Shown piece after piece: positions 17,627 through 27,696 of a stretch of 64,000 bases of DNA; within the stretch, counting starts at the first letter, position 1; the number at the start of each line of letters is the position of its first letter. The notes under the pieces are model-generated. The model saw nothing but the letters and a program-made list of their open reading frames with translations. It had not been told where the DNA came from and did not search any database. Both the position numbers and the translations under genes were made by a program. Source of the DNA: Oscillospiraceae bacterium (GTDB lineage: Bacteria; Bacillota; Clostridia; Oscillospirales; Oscillospiraceae); contig JAFVVI010000024.1 of the NCBI GenBank assembly GCA_017502265.1, positions 1,968 to 65,967 on the forward strand, given 5' to 3'.

Positions 17627-20600
17627 ATGCTGCAACTGAAAAATATCGTAAAAAACTATGCCGCCGGCGATAATGTGGTCCGCGCGCTGCGGGGAATCGA
17701 TCTGCAGTTCCGTCACCACGAGTTCGTGTCCATTTTGGGACCCTCCGGCTGCGGCAAAACCACTATGCTGAACATCATCGGCGGATTGGATAAGTACACC
17801 TCCGGCGATCTGGTGATCGACGGCCGTTCCACCCGGAATTTCAAGGATCGGGATTGGGACGCCTACCGTAACCATTCCATCGGCTTTGTGTTCCAGAGCT
17901 ATAATCTGATCCCCCACCAGAGTGTGCTGCAGAATGTGGAGCTGGCGCTGACCCTGTCCGGCGTATCCAAGCGGGAGCGCCGCCAGCGGGCCAAGCAGGC
18001 GCTGGAGCAGGTTGGTCTGGGTGACCAGCTTCGCAAACGGCCCAATCAGCTCTCCGGCGGACAGATGCAGCGTGTGGCCATCGCCCGGGCGCTGGTGAAT
18101 AACCCGGAGATCATCCTGGCTGACGAGCCTACCGGCGCACTGGATACGGAAACCAGCGTGCAGGTTATGGAGATTCTGAAGGAAGTGGCCAAGGACCGTC
18201 TGGTGATCATGGTCACCCATAACCCGGAACTGGCCGATACCTATTCCACTCGTATTATCCGTATGCTGGACGGCAATATCATCAATGACTCCCAGCCTCT
18301 GACCGAGGAAGAGCGCAGAGAATGCCGGGAAGAGGAGCAGCGGGCCATTTTCGGCAAAAAGCAGTCTGTCCGCAAGCCCTCTATGTCTTGGTCTACCTCT
18401 TTCGGCCTGTCGCTGAAAAACCTGTTCTCTAAAAAAGGCCGTACGATTCTGACCTCTTTTGCCGGCTCTATCGGTATTATCGGCATCGCGCTGATCTTTG
18501 CGGTGTCCAATGGTATGACCACCTACATCAACGCAGTGCAGGAGGATACGCTGTCTTCCTATCCGCTGACTCTTGAGGCCACCACGGTGGATATCACCAC
18601 TCTGATGCAGACCTTTATGGGCATTGATTCCGGCGATGAGGATGCCCACGACCGGGATGCCGTGTATTCCCAGTCGGTCATGGCAGATATGATCAATGCG
18701 CTGAACAATCTGGATTCAACCGAGAACGACCTGAAGGCCTTTAAGGAATATCTGCAGAAGGAAATGAAGAAACCCGAAAGCGGTCTTTCCGATGCCCTTA
18801 CCGGCATTCAGTATACCTATAATATGGATCTGCTGGTCTATACCAAAGATCCCGACGGTAATATCATTTACTCGGATACCGAAGAAATGCTCGCCAAGGC
18901 CCTGCGGGAAAATATGGGTATGGATATGTCCGCAATGATCGCTATGAGCGAAAATATGGGCGGCGGTATGTCAAGCTCTATGACCATGCCCGGTATGCAG
19001 ACAAACCTGTGGTGTGAAATGCTGCCCGGCAAGGACGGCAAGCCCATCAACCCGATCCTGGAGGATCAGTACGATGTGATCTACGGCAGCTGGCCCAACA
19101 GCTACGATGAGATCGTGCTGGTTGTGGATAAGAATAACGAGCTGGACGATATGACCCTGTTTGCCATGGGCCTGGAATCCCACGATAAGATCGAGGAATC
19201 CTTTGATATCATTCTTAACGGTGGCCAGATCGATACCACACAGAAGAAGTGGTCCTATGAGGAGATCTGCGGCAAGGAGTACCGGGTGATCCTCAACGGC
19301 GATTGCTATAGACTGGACGAAAATACCGGTCTGTATGTGGATCTGCGGGAAGAGGAGACCGGCCTGCGTTACCTGTACGATAATGCCTTGAAGCTGAAAA
19401 TCACAGGCATTATCCGCCCCAGCGAGAAAGCCAGCTCTACGATGCTCTCCGGCTCTATTGCCTACACGAAGGCACTGACCGAGCACATTGCCCAGAAGAA
19501 TGCGGATTCTGCTGCCCTTGCAGCCCAGAAGGCCCAGACTGGTATAGATATCTTTACGGGCTTGCCCTTCCGTGACAACGAAAACCTAACCGATGGGGAA
19601 AAGGAAACCGCATTCCGTAATTACATTGCCGAGCTGACCGTAGAGGAGCAGGCCAAGGCCTATGTGACGATCATGGGCATTCCTTCTGCCGAGCAGCTGA
19701 ATGCTATGGTGGAAGGACAGATGGCCCAGTTTGGCCGGGAGAAAATGGAGCAGACCATGATCTCCGCCCTTAGCCAGCAGGCCGGTATGAATGTAAAAGA
19801 CATGGAGGCGTATATCCTCTCTATGTCCGACGAGGAGCTGGATACCCTGTTCCGGCAGATGCTCACCGAGCAGGTGAAGAAGCAGTATGCCGCCCAGGTC
19901 CAGCAGCAGACAGCCGGTATGCCTGCTGAGCAGCTGGCAGGCGCTTTGCAGATGGCGCTGCCCACCTATACTACCGAGCAGTGCGCCGTCTATTACGGCG
20001 AAATTCTGGAATTCTCCGAAACCACCTATGAGCAGAATCTGCGCGCCTTAAGCGATGTGGATCTGGATGATCCTGCAACCATCAATCTTTATGCTTCCAG
20101 CTTTGAAAACAAGGACATTCTGGAAGAAGTGATTGCAGATTATAACGAATCTGTGGAAGAACTCAAGCAGATCCGCTACACCGACTATGTGGGCATTATG
20201 ATGTCCTCTATCACTACCATCATCAACGCCATTACCTATGTGCTGATCGCCTTTGTGGCCATCTCTTTGGTGGTTTCCTCTATTATGATCGGCGTTATCA
20301 CCCTGATCTCTGTCCAGGAGCGGACCAAGGAGATCGGTATCCTCCGGGCAATCGGCGCGTCCAAGCGAAATGTGTCCGGTATGTTCAATGCCGAAACCAT
20401 GATTATCGGCTTTACATCCGGCGTGTTGGGTGTGGGTGTGACCTATGGCCTTTGTGTGGTCGTGAATATTATTCTGTTTGCGTTGACAGATATTGCCAAC
20501 CTGAAGGCAATTCTGCCGCCGGAAATTGCGGTGGCGCTGGTGATCATCAGCGTTCTGCTGACCTTGCTCTCCGGCATCATTCCCTCCAGAAGCGCAGCCA

Positions 20601-20635
20601 AGAAAGACCCGGTTGTGGCCCTGCGAACCGAATAA
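17627..20635 (+). CDS. MacB-like fused ABC ATPase/FtsX-type permease with large extracellular domain
   Basis: [22 protein letters not shown]; [17 protein letters not shown]; DPVVALRTE. Confidence 0.9.
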   Translation: MLQLKNIVKNYAAGDNVVRALRGIDLQFRHHEFVSILGPSGCGKTTMLNIIGGLDKYTSGDLVIDGRSTRNFKDRDWDAYRNHSIGFVFQSYNLIPHQSVLQNVELALTLSGVSKRERRQRAKQALEQVGLGDQLRKRPNQLSGGQMQRVAIARALVNNPEIILADEPTGALDTETSVQVMEILKEVAKDRLVIMVTHNPELADTYSTRIIRMLDGNIINDSQPLTEEERRECREEEQRAIFGKKQSVRKPSMSWSTSFGLSLKNLFSKKGRTILTSFAGSIGIIGIALIFAVSNGMTTYINAVQEDTLSSYPLTLEATTVDITTLMQTFMGIDSGDEDAHDRDAVYSQSVMADMINALNNLDSTENDLKAFKEYLQKEMKKPESGLSDALTGIQYTYNMDLLVYTKDPDGNIIYSDTEEMLAKALRENMGMDMSAMIAMSENMGGGMSSSMTMPGMQTNLWCEMLPGKDGKPINPILEDQYDVIYGSWPNSYDEIVLVVDKNNELDDMTLFAMGLESHDKIEESFDIILNGGQIDTTQKKWSYEEICGKEYRVILNGDCYRLDENTGLYVDLREEETGLRYLYDNALKLKITGIIRPSEKASSTMLSGSIAYTKALTEHIAQKNADSAALAAQKAQTGIDIFTGLPFRDNENLTDGEKETAFRNYIAELTVEEQAKAYVTIMGIPSAEQLNAMVEGQMAQFGREKMEQTMISALSQQAGMNVKDMEAYILSMSDEELDTLFRQMLTEQVKKQYAAQVQQQTAGMPAEQLAGALQMALPTYTTEQCAVYYGEILEFSETTYEQNLRALSDVDLDDPATINLYASSFENKDILEEVIADYNESVEELKQIRYTDYVGIMMSSITTIINAITYVLIAFVAISLVVSSIMIGVITLISVQERTKEIGILRAIGASKRNVSGMFNAETMIIGFTSGVLGVGVTYGLCVVVNIILFALTDIANLKAILPPEIAVALVIISVLLTLLSGIIPSRSAAKKDPVVALRTE

Positions 20636-20638
20636 AGC

Positions 20639-20674
20639 AAAACTCCGAAAGGCCTGTGCCTTTCGGAGTTTTTT
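20639..20674. terminator. Bidirectional terminator
   Basis: AAAACTCCGAAAGGC..GCCTTTCGGAGTTTT. Confidence 0.85.
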
Positions 20675-21737
20675 AATAGGCTTCTGTAATTGTGCCGCTA
20701 CCGACCACCATATCCCCTTGGTACAGCACAACGGTCTGGCCCGGGGTAACGGCCCGTTGGGGCGTATCAAATACCACCCGGAAACCGTCTTCAGCCGGAT
20801 ATACAGTGGCGGGCTGGGGAATGTGCCGGGACCGGGCCTTGGCTTCCACGTGCATTGGTTCTGCAAGAACGGGGAAGGGGAACCAATTGGCATCTTTGGC
20901 CAAAAGGGTAGTGGTGTACAACGCCTCTTCCGGGCCGACAGTGACGGTGTTGGCGGCCATATCCTTGCCGCACACATAGACCGGCGCGCCCATAGCAAGG
21001 CCCAACCCTTTCCGCTGCCCCAATGTGTAGCCCATAGCGCCGGCGTGCTTACCGATCACATTGCCCTGCAGGTCTAAAAAGTTACCGCCGTCAAAATCCT
21101 TGCCGGTGTACCGGCGGATAAAGGCCATATAATCCCCGTCAGGGATAAAGCAGATATCCTGGCTATCTTTCTTTTTTGCGGTGAGAAAGCCCTGTTCCTC
21201 TGCAATTTTGCGGATTTGATCTTTGGTAAATTCCCCAAGGGGGAAACGGGCGTGGCCGAGCTGGTGCTGATTCAGACAGGCCAGGAAATAGGATTGATCC
21301 TTAGCATCATCTGCGGCTTTGCATAACAGATACCGGCCGGTGGCAGCATCTTGTCGGATTTTGGCATAGTGGCCGGTGACGATGGTGTCGTACCCCAGCG
21401 CCAACGCCTTGTCCAGCAGAAAGGAAAATTTGATATGCCGGTTGCATTGGACGCAGGGATTGGGGGTCAGACCTTGTTCGTAAGCCCGGATGAAATGCTC
21501 CACCACCACCTGTTTAAAAGCATCTACGGCTTCAATAACATGAAAATCCATTTCCAGCCGCCGTGCAACGGCCCGGGCGTCCTGAATGCTTTTTTGAAAA
21601 TCGGCATCCGTCAGTGATTCATCACACATGCGGGCGATGGCGCCGGCGCAGGGAAAACCTGCCTGCCGGATGAGGTATGCGGCCACAGAGCTGTCCACAC
21701 CGCCGCTCATGGCAACCAGCATTTTTGTTGTTTCCAT
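20673..21737 (-). CDS. mnmA: tRNA 2-thiouridine(34) synthase
   Basis: SGGVDS, TPNPCVQCN, KDQSYFL, DSQDICF, GQRKGL, TPGQ. Confidence 0.96.
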   Translation of the reverse strand: METTKMLVAMSGGVDSSVAAYLIRQAGFPCAGAIARMCDESLTDADFQKSIQDARAVARRLEMDFHVIEAVDAFKQVVVEHFIRAYEQGLTPNPCVQCNRHIKFSFLLDKALALGYDTIVTGHYAKIRQDAATGRYLLCKAADDAKDQSYFLACLNQHQLGHARFPLGEFTKDQIRKIAEEQGFLTAKKKDSQDICFIPDGDYMAFIRRYTGKDFDGGNFLDLQGNVIGKHAGAMGYTLGQRKGLGLAMGAPVYVCGKDMAANTVTVGPEEALYTTTLLAKDANWFPFPVLAEPMHVEAKARSRHIPQPATVYPAEDGFRVVFDTPQRAVTPGQTVVLYQGDMVVGSGTITEAY

Positions 21738-21952
21738 AGTCCATACCTCCTTTCAAATGGTGGGTCTATCATACCATAAGCTTGCCCAAATTGCAACGAA
21801 ATTGCCCTGTCGCCAGCATAATAGTTGTTATGTAAACTTTGCGGTTAAATAATTTTTGGCAAAATTTGTCAAATTAAGCATAAAACTGCGTGAAATGGAA
21901 ACATTTTAGTTGTCAAAACGGTTACAAATGTGTAATAAAAGCGAAAAAAGGG

Positions 21953-21981
21953 TTGCAATAACGCAACCTGTCTGCTATAAT
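21953..21981 (+). promoter_or_regulatory. sigmaA promoter
   Basis: TTGCAA-17-TATAAT with extended TG. Confidence 0.75.
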
Positions 21982-22015
21982 ATATCGGTAACCAAACGGA
22001 AAGGAGAATAAACCA

Positions 22016-24172
22016 GTGAAAAAACGTTTGATTAGTTTTTTGATTGCAATGGTTATGTTGCTGGGTTTGCTGCCGATGACCGTCTTCGGTGTTGACGGCG
22101 AGACCACCGTAACAACAGAAACCGCGGCAGCTACAGACGGAACAGAAGCAACGGTAGCAACCGAGGCGACGGAAGCTACGGAAGAGACCGAAGCGCCGGA
22201 GCAGACCGCAGCTACTGAATCCACCGAGTCTACAGCGCCTGTGATTCCTGTGGTCCAGGTACGGACCAGCGACGCATGTATAAATATTCTGAAAAAGGAA
22301 GAGGGCTTCAGCAGAACCCCTTATTGGGATTTCACCCAGTATACGGTGGGCTACGGCACAAAATGTCCTGATGATATGGTTTCCTACTACACTCAGAACG
22401 GTATCACAGAGGCAGAGGCAGAATCCCTGCTGCGCAACCACCTGATCTCCGTTGAGCGGGATATTGAGACTAAGATTATCGAAAAATACGGCCTGTCGCT
22501 GACAACCAATCAGTTTGACGCTTTGGTGCTGTTTTCTTATAACTGCGGTACTGCCTGGGCCTATGAAACAAACGGCACTTTCCATACGGCTATTGCCAAG
22601 GGCGCAACCGGCAACGATCTGATCCGGGCCTTTGCCCTGTGGTGCAGCGCCGGCGGCGAGATCCGCACTTTCCTGCTGCGCCGCCGTCTGAGCGAGGCGA
22701 ATATGTACTTAAACAACCAGTACAGCCAGACCCCGCCGGACAATTACTGCTATGTGCTCTACGATGCCAACGGCGGTACAACCAGTCCCCGCAGTCAGGG
22801 CTATGATGCCAATCTGACCGCAGCGCCCTTCCCGACACCTACCAGAGCCGGCTATACCTTTAACGGTTGGTATACCCCCAAGACCGGCGGCAGTAAGGTA
22901 ACAGTGCTGGACGCATCCGTTAAGAATACGACCCTGTATGCTCAGTGGTCTGATGCCCAGGGTAATACCCCTCCCAGCAATGATACGACCCTGACCAATC
23001 CCGTAACCGTCACGGTTACCGCTACCGATGTGAATCTGCGGCAAGGTCCCGGCACAAATTATACTCGTGTCGGCACAGCCAACAAGGGCCAGAAGCTGGT
23101 CATCACCGAAACTGCTTCCGGCACCGGCTATACCTGGGGCAAGTTTGATGGCGGCTGGATCGCCCTGCAATACACCGACTATGATGCTGTGGTAAACGGC
23201 AATACCCAACAGCCTGCGCCGTCGCCCAATCCGGAACCTGCGCCCGAGCCCACCCCGGAACCCGCGCCGACACCCAATCCGGAACAGACCAAGGTCACCG
23301 GCACAGTCAATGTGCAGGATTGGCTCCGTGTCCGCAGCGGCCCCGGCACATCCTATTCCATTGTTGCTTACCTGCAGCCCAAGCAGAAGGTAGAAATTTT
23401 GGAACAGTCTACCGTTGGCTCTACCAAATGGGGCAAGATCGCAAACGGCTGGATCTCTATGGACTATGTGATTCTGGATAAGACAGAATCCTCCGGCGGC
23501 AATACTGACAATTCCGGTAATACCGGCAGCACGGCTCTGACCGGCACAGTGATTGCCGATGAGCTGCTGATCCGCAGCGGCCCCGGCACCAACAATTCCA
23601 TTCTCGGCTATCTGACCTATGGCACAAAGGTGACTGTCACCGAAAAAGCCTCCGGCGGCGGCCTGGAGTGGGGCAAGATTGACAGAGGTTGGATCTGCCT
23701 GAACTATGTGCAGCTGGATTCCACCGGCAGCACCGGCGGCGCTTCCAATGGTGGATCTTCCGATGTAGGTTCTTCCGGCGCTGTCACCGGACGGGTCAAT
23801 GTACAGGATTGGCTTCGTGTCCGCAGCGGCCCCGGTACTTCCAACTCTGTAGTTGACTACCTTGGACCCAACGAAAAGGTGACCATCACCGAGCGGAAGG
23901 TGGTTGGTAGCGTAGAGTGGGGCAAGATTGCCAACGGTTGGATCTCCATGGAATATGTGGTTTTGGACAGTACTTCCTCCGGAAATACTTCCCAGGCGGT
24001 CACCAAGACCATTACCGCAGATTGCCTTCGTGTCCGCAGCGGCCCCGGAACAAACAATACCATTGTGGGATATTTGTACTACGGCGCCAAGGTACAGGTT
24101 TTGGAAACCACCTCTGACGGCACCTGGGGTAAGATCTCCACCGGCTGGATCTCCATGAGCTATGTAAAATAA
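22016..24172 (+). CDS. Secreted peptidoglycan hydrolase: GH24 lysozyme + InlB B-repeat + five SH3b domains
   Basis: Signal peptide; EEGFSRTPYWD..YTVGYG, NQFDALV.FSYNCG, RRRLSEA; PTRAGYTFNGWY..TLYAQW; five LR(V)RSGPGT..WGK..GWI repeats. Confidence 0.88.
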   Translation: MKKRLISFLIAMVMLLGLLPMTVFGVDGETTVTTETAAATDGTEATVATEATEATEETEAPEQTAATESTESTAPVIPVVQVRTSDACINILKKEEGFSRTPYWDFTQYTVGYGTKCPDDMVSYYTQNGITEAEAESLLRNHLISVERDIETKIIEKYGLSLTTNQFDALVLFSYNCGTAWAYETNGTFHTAIAKGATGNDLIRAFALWCSAGGEIRTFLLRRRLSEANMYLNNQYSQTPPDNYCYVLYDANGGTTSPRSQGYDANLTAAPFPTPTRAGYTFNGWYTPKTGGSKVTVLDASVKNTTLYAQWSDAQGNTPPSNDTTLTNPVTVTVTATDVNLRQGPGTNYTRVGTANKGQKLVITETASGTGYTWGKFDGGWIALQYTDYDAVVNGNTQQPAPSPNPEPAPEPTPEPAPTPNPEQTKVTGTVNVQDWLRVRSGPGTSYSIVAYLQPKQKVEILEQSTVGSTKWGKIANGWISMDYVILDKTESSGGNTDNSGNTGSTALTGTVIADELLIRSGPGTNNSILGYLTYGTKVTVTEKASGGGLEWGKIDRGWICLNYVQLDSTGSTGGASNGGSSDVGSSGAVTGRVNVQDWLRVRSGPGTSNSVVDYLGPNEKVTITERKVVGSVEWGKIANGWISMEYVVLDSTSSGNTSQAVTKTITADCLRVRSGPGTNNTIVGYLYYGAKVQVLETTSDGTWGKISTGWISMSYVK
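23300..24170 (+). repeat. Intragenic SH3b-coding repeats
   Basis: Near-identical GTCAATGT(G/A)CAGGATTGGCT(C/T)CGTGTCCGCAGCGGCCCCGG at about 23306 and 23795; CCGCAGCGGCCCCGG in four units. Confidence 0.8.
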
Positions 24173-24177
24173 ACCAA

Positions 24178-24250
24178 AAGGCGCCTGCTGAAAAGCAGGC
24201 GCCTTGCTTTTTGGGAAAATCAAAACGGCACTGCAAATGCAGTGCCGTTA
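24178..24250. terminator. Two hairpins terminating convergent genes
   Basis: AGGCGCCTGCT..AGCAGGCGCCT and AACGGCACTGCA..TGCAGTGCCGTT. Confidence 0.75.
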
Positions 24251-24266
24251 ATCGATGCAGGGGAAA

Positions 24267-24455
24267 TCAGATAGCTCGCTCCACCTTGTTGGAACGGAGG
24301 CATCTGGTACAAGCGTACACATGGCACGGAGTACCGTTGACAACGGCCTTGACCCGCTTAACATTGGGCTTCCAGGTCCGGTTGGAACGTCTGTGGGAGT
24401 GGGAAACCTTAATACCGAAGGTAACGCCCTTGCCACAATAATCACACTTCGCCAT
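24267..24455 (-). CDS. rpmB: 50S ribosomal protein L28
   Basis: MAKCDYCGK..VSHSHRRSNRTWKPN..CTRCLRS. Confidence 0.97.
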   Translation of the reverse strand: MAKCDYCGKGVTFGIKVSHSHRRSNRTWKPNVKRVKAVVNGTPCHVYACTRCLRSNKVERAI

Positions 24456-24655
24456 ACTACTGCACCTCCTATCTGCATAATAAAATCAAAATCATAGTTG
24501 CGCCCAAAACAGTCGCTTAGATATGATAGCAGAGATTGTCACAAAATGCAAGTGTTTTTTATAAAAATTTTCGTTTTTTAAAATAATGTTGCTATTCTGC
24601 GCGTTGGTCGCTATAATATCAGTAAATAAAATCCGAGAAAAGGGGGTACAGCGCC

Positions 24656-25594
24656 ATGTTTCAAGTATATAGTGTGCCGCTTACCACACTGGTAAAGGAA
24701 TTTGAACTGGAAGTTGCCTATAAAGCCAGCGACTATGACGCGATTCAGCTGACGGTTGCGGATGTGGCAAGACCAGGTCTGCAGCTGGCAGGCTACTTTG
24801 ATCATTTTGAGCCTATGCGTCTGCAGGTGATGGGTAATGTGGAGATCAGCTATCTGCAAAAGCTCTCGCCTACGGAGCGGCTTATGACCTTGGACCGTTA
24901 CTATGCCTATAAATTCCCGGCTTTGCTTGTGACCCGCTACAATCCCCTGGAGCCTGTTTGTATGGAACTGGCTGAGAAACATGATATCACCATTCTCCGC
25001 TGCGGCGAGGCCACCAGCACCGTTGTGTCGGCCATTATCGCCTACCTTTCTGCGGCGCTTGCTCCCCGTATCACCCGTCACGGCGTGCTGATGGAGGTCT
25101 ACGGTGAGGGAATCCTCCTTACCGGTGAAAGCGGTATGGGTAAGAGTGAGGCTGCGGTGGAGCTGTTAAAGCGCGGTCACCGTATGATCGCCGACGATGC
25201 GGTGGAGATCCGTAAGGTCTCCGGAAGTAAGCTGGTGGGCACTGCCCCGGAGCTGATCCGGGATTATGTGGAGCTGCGGGGTATCGGCATCGTCAATGTG
25301 GCCAAGCTCTTTGGTATGGGCGCGGTCAAAGCGGAAAATGAGATCGACCTGGTGGTCAATATTGTTCCGTGGAAAGAACACGAAGCCTATGACCGCCTGG
25401 GTGTCGAGGAACAGTATCTGGAGATTTTGGGTGTCCAGGTGCCTATGAACACCATTCCCATCACCCCCGGCCGGAACTTGGCGGTGATCCTGGAAGTGGC
25501 GGCGATGAATAACCGCCAGCGGAAGATGGGCTATAATCACGCCAAGGAGTTTACCGACCAGATCGACAGTCATTTCAAGCAAAACAACCTGTAA
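24656..25594 (+). CDS. hprK: HPr kinase/phosphorylase
   Basis: RPGLQLAG, GESGMGKSE, ADDAVEI, ELRGIGI, PGRNLA. Confidence 0.97.
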   Translation: MFQVYSVPLTTLVKEFELEVAYKASDYDAIQLTVADVARPGLQLAGYFDHFEPMRLQVMGNVEISYLQKLSPTERLMTLDRYYAYKFPALLVTRYNPLEPVCMELAEKHDITILRCGEATSTVVSAIIAYLSAALAPRITRHGVLMEVYGEGILLTGESGMGKSEAAVELLKRGHRMIADDAVEIRKVSGSKLVGTAPELIRDYVELRGIGIVNVAKLFGMGAVKAENEIDLVVNIVPWKEHEAYDRLGVEEQYLEILGVQVPMNTIPITPGRNLAVILEVAAMNNRQRKMGYNHAKEFTDQIDSHFKQNNL

Positions 25595-25609
25595 ATGTGA
25601 GTGTAAAAC

Positions 25610-26578
25610 ATGAAGGAATTTACCATTGGACCCAATGACAGCGGCCAGCGGCTGGACCGTTTTCTAAGCAAAACAGTGCCTCTGCTGCCGGCGTCCTTGG
25701 CCCAGAAATATATCCGCATCAAGCGCATCAAGCTTAACGGGGGCAGAGCCGAGCGGGATACCCGCCTGTCCGTGGGCGATGTGCTGCAGATGTATATCAA
25801 CGATGAGTTTTTTGAAAAACCCAGAGAGGATAACGCCTATCTGACGGTTGCTACGCCCAAGCTGAACATCGTCTATGAGGATGAGAATATCCTCCTTGCC
25901 GATAAGCGGCCCGGCCTTGCGGTCCACCCCCACGACGGCGCCGAATACGGCAGAACCCTCATTGACCATATTCAGGCCTATCTATACCAAAAGCGCGAGT
26001 GGAGCCCCCGGGGGGAAAATTCCTTTGCCCCGGCTCTGTGTAACCGCATTGACCGGAATACCGGCGGTATTGTGATCGCAGCCAAGAACGCGGAAACCTT
26101 GCGGATATTAAACCAAAAAATCAAGGATCGGGAATTGGACAAGCGGTATCTTGCCATCGTGGAGGGAACGCCCAAGCCTGCCAAGGGCAGCCTGAAGGGT
26201 TACCTGTTCAAAGATGCCAAGAAGAACCGGGTATTCGTCACCGATACCCCCCAGGCCGGTTCCAAAACCTGCCAGACCAACTATGTCACATTGGCAAGCG
26301 GCAGCGGGCTATCCTTGGTGGAATGTGAGCTGATCACCGGCCGCACCCATCAGATCCGCGCCCAGTTTGCCCATGCAGGCCACCCCTTGCTTGGGGACGG
26401 CAAATACGGCAAGCTGAATAAAAAATTTGACCGCACCTATCAGGCCCTGTATTCCTACAAGCTGACCTTCCGTTTTACCACCGATGCCGGCTGCCTTGCC
26501 TATCTCAACGGCAAAAGCTTCCGGGTGGAGCAGGTGGACTTCGTCCGGGAGTATTTCCCGCAAGTCTCTATAAAATAA
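25610..26578 (+). CDS. RluA/RluC-family pseudouridine synthase with S4 domain
   Basis: GQRLDRFL, NRIDRNTGG (catalytic Asp), TGRTHQIR, GDGKYG. Confidence 0.93.
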   Translation: MKEFTIGPNDSGQRLDRFLSKTVPLLPASLAQKYIRIKRIKLNGGRAERDTRLSVGDVLQMYINDEFFEKPREDNAYLTVATPKLNIVYEDENILLADKRPGLAVHPHDGAEYGRTLIDHIQAYLYQKREWSPRGENSFAPALCNRIDRNTGGIVIAAKNAETLRILNQKIKDRELDKRYLAIVEGTPKPAKGSLKGYLFKDAKKNRVFVTDTPQAGSKTCQTNYVTLASGSGLSLVECELITGRTHQIRAQFAHAGHPLLGDGKYGKLNKKFDRTYQALYSYKLTFRFTTDAGCLAYLNGKSFRVEQVDFVREYFPQVSIK

Positions 26579-26609
26579 AAAGTTCCGGGTTACTCCCGGA
26601 ACTTTTTTT
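26577..26609. terminator. Bidirectional terminator
   Basis: AAAAAGTTCCGGG..CCCGGAACTTTTTT. Confidence 0.85.
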
Positions 26610-26623
26610 GCATTTATTGTAGC

Positions 26624-26830
26624 TTAGGCCTCGAAATCAGCGTCGCCCGCCTGCACGGTATCGTTGTAGAAGTCCTCATCGAAGCAGCAGAAATTGTCGC
26701 CGCGGAACTTTGCCAGCAGATCTCTTGCCCAGGCAACGATCTTCTCACCATAGGTAGCAGCCACATAGATAACACCCACGATGGCAGCCAGGATAGCCAA
26801 AACCTTCAGAATTGTATTTACAGTTTTCAT
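26624..26830 (-). CDS. Small single-TM hypothetical protein (68 aa)
   Basis: SD GGAGG, own promoter TTGCTT-17-TATAAT (26894-26866), terminator, host-like codon usage. Confidence 0.75.
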   Translation of the reverse strand: MKTVNTILKVLAILAAIVGVIYVAATYGEKIVAWARDLLAKFRGDNFCCFDEDFYNDTVQAGDADFEA

Positions 26831-26901
26831 AATGATAACCTCCGTTCAAGTTTTTTTCTAAGCTTATTATAACCAATCCACAGAGAAAAAGCAATATAAA
26901 A

Positions 26902-27696
26902 TTACAGATATCCGCATAATCCACGGACGCTGACTTCGCCAAAGTTTATGACCTTTTCAAAGCCGTCAGCAAAACGCACCATAAGACCACCGTCTTTATC
27001 TATATCGAAAGCAGTGGCAGCGTATTTTTGGTCGTTTTGAATGACAACAATTTCTTTTCCCAATGTGATGCAGTGCCGGCGATAAGTTTCCATCAACTGT
27101 TCTTTTTCGGAAAAGAGGGTCCAATCCATATGAAAAAGTTGCTCTGTAAGGGCGGCAGCCAATATGGCAGGGGAGATTTTTTTGCCGGTGTGCATCAAAA
27201 GTGATGTGGCGATATCCTGTAATTCTTCCGGAAAATCTTCTGCCCTTTGGCAGCAGTTAATGCCGATGCCAACGATGGCATAATCCACCCTGTTCCCAGC
27301 AAAACCCAATTCTGTCAAAATGCCACCCAGTTTTTTGCTGCCAAGTACTAAATCATTGGCCCATTTGATATCCGGGCAAACACCGCTGATTGCTTCCACT
27401 GCGGCCATAGCGGCTACACCGGCTGCGCAGGTCAGATGCATCAGCTTGTCCGGTGTGCAGCCGGGCCTCAGAATCACAGACAAATACACACCCATACCAT
27501 CCGGCGAGGAGAAACTGCGGCCTAACCGCCCCCGACCTTCGGTCTGGTTGCCGGCGATGATCACCGTACCGTGGGGCGCGCCGGCCTTGGCCAGTTCCTT
27601 GGCCCGGGTGTTGGTGGAGTCAATGGTGTCATACCAATACACCGTGTCCCGCCAGGGACACGGTGTGGGAATGTTTGCTAAAACACTTTGTATCAT
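26902..27696 (-). CDS. birA: Biotin-[acetyl-CoA carboxylase] ligase, monofunctional (no HTH)
   Basis: IDSTN, QTEGRGRLGR, IKWAND, KKLGGIL, GIGIN. Confidence 0.92.
   Translation of the reverse strand: MIQSVLANIPTPCPWRDTVYWYDTIDSTNTRAKELAKAGAPHGTVIIAGNQTEGRGRLGRSFSSPDGMGVYLSVILRPGCTPDKLMHLTCAAGVAAMAAVEAISGVCPDIKWANDLVLGSKKLGGILTELGFAGNRVDYAIVGIGINCCQRAEDFPEELQDIATSLLMHTGKKISPAILAAALTEQLFHMDWTLFSEKEQLMETYRRHCITLGKEIVVIQNDQKYAATAFDIDKDGGLMVRFADGFEKVINFGEVSVRGLCGYL

Noticed and set aside
23030-24170. CRISPR-like or DGR-like repeats
   Set aside because: Repeats are in-frame SH3b coding units with synonymous variation; no cas or reverse transcriptase gene.
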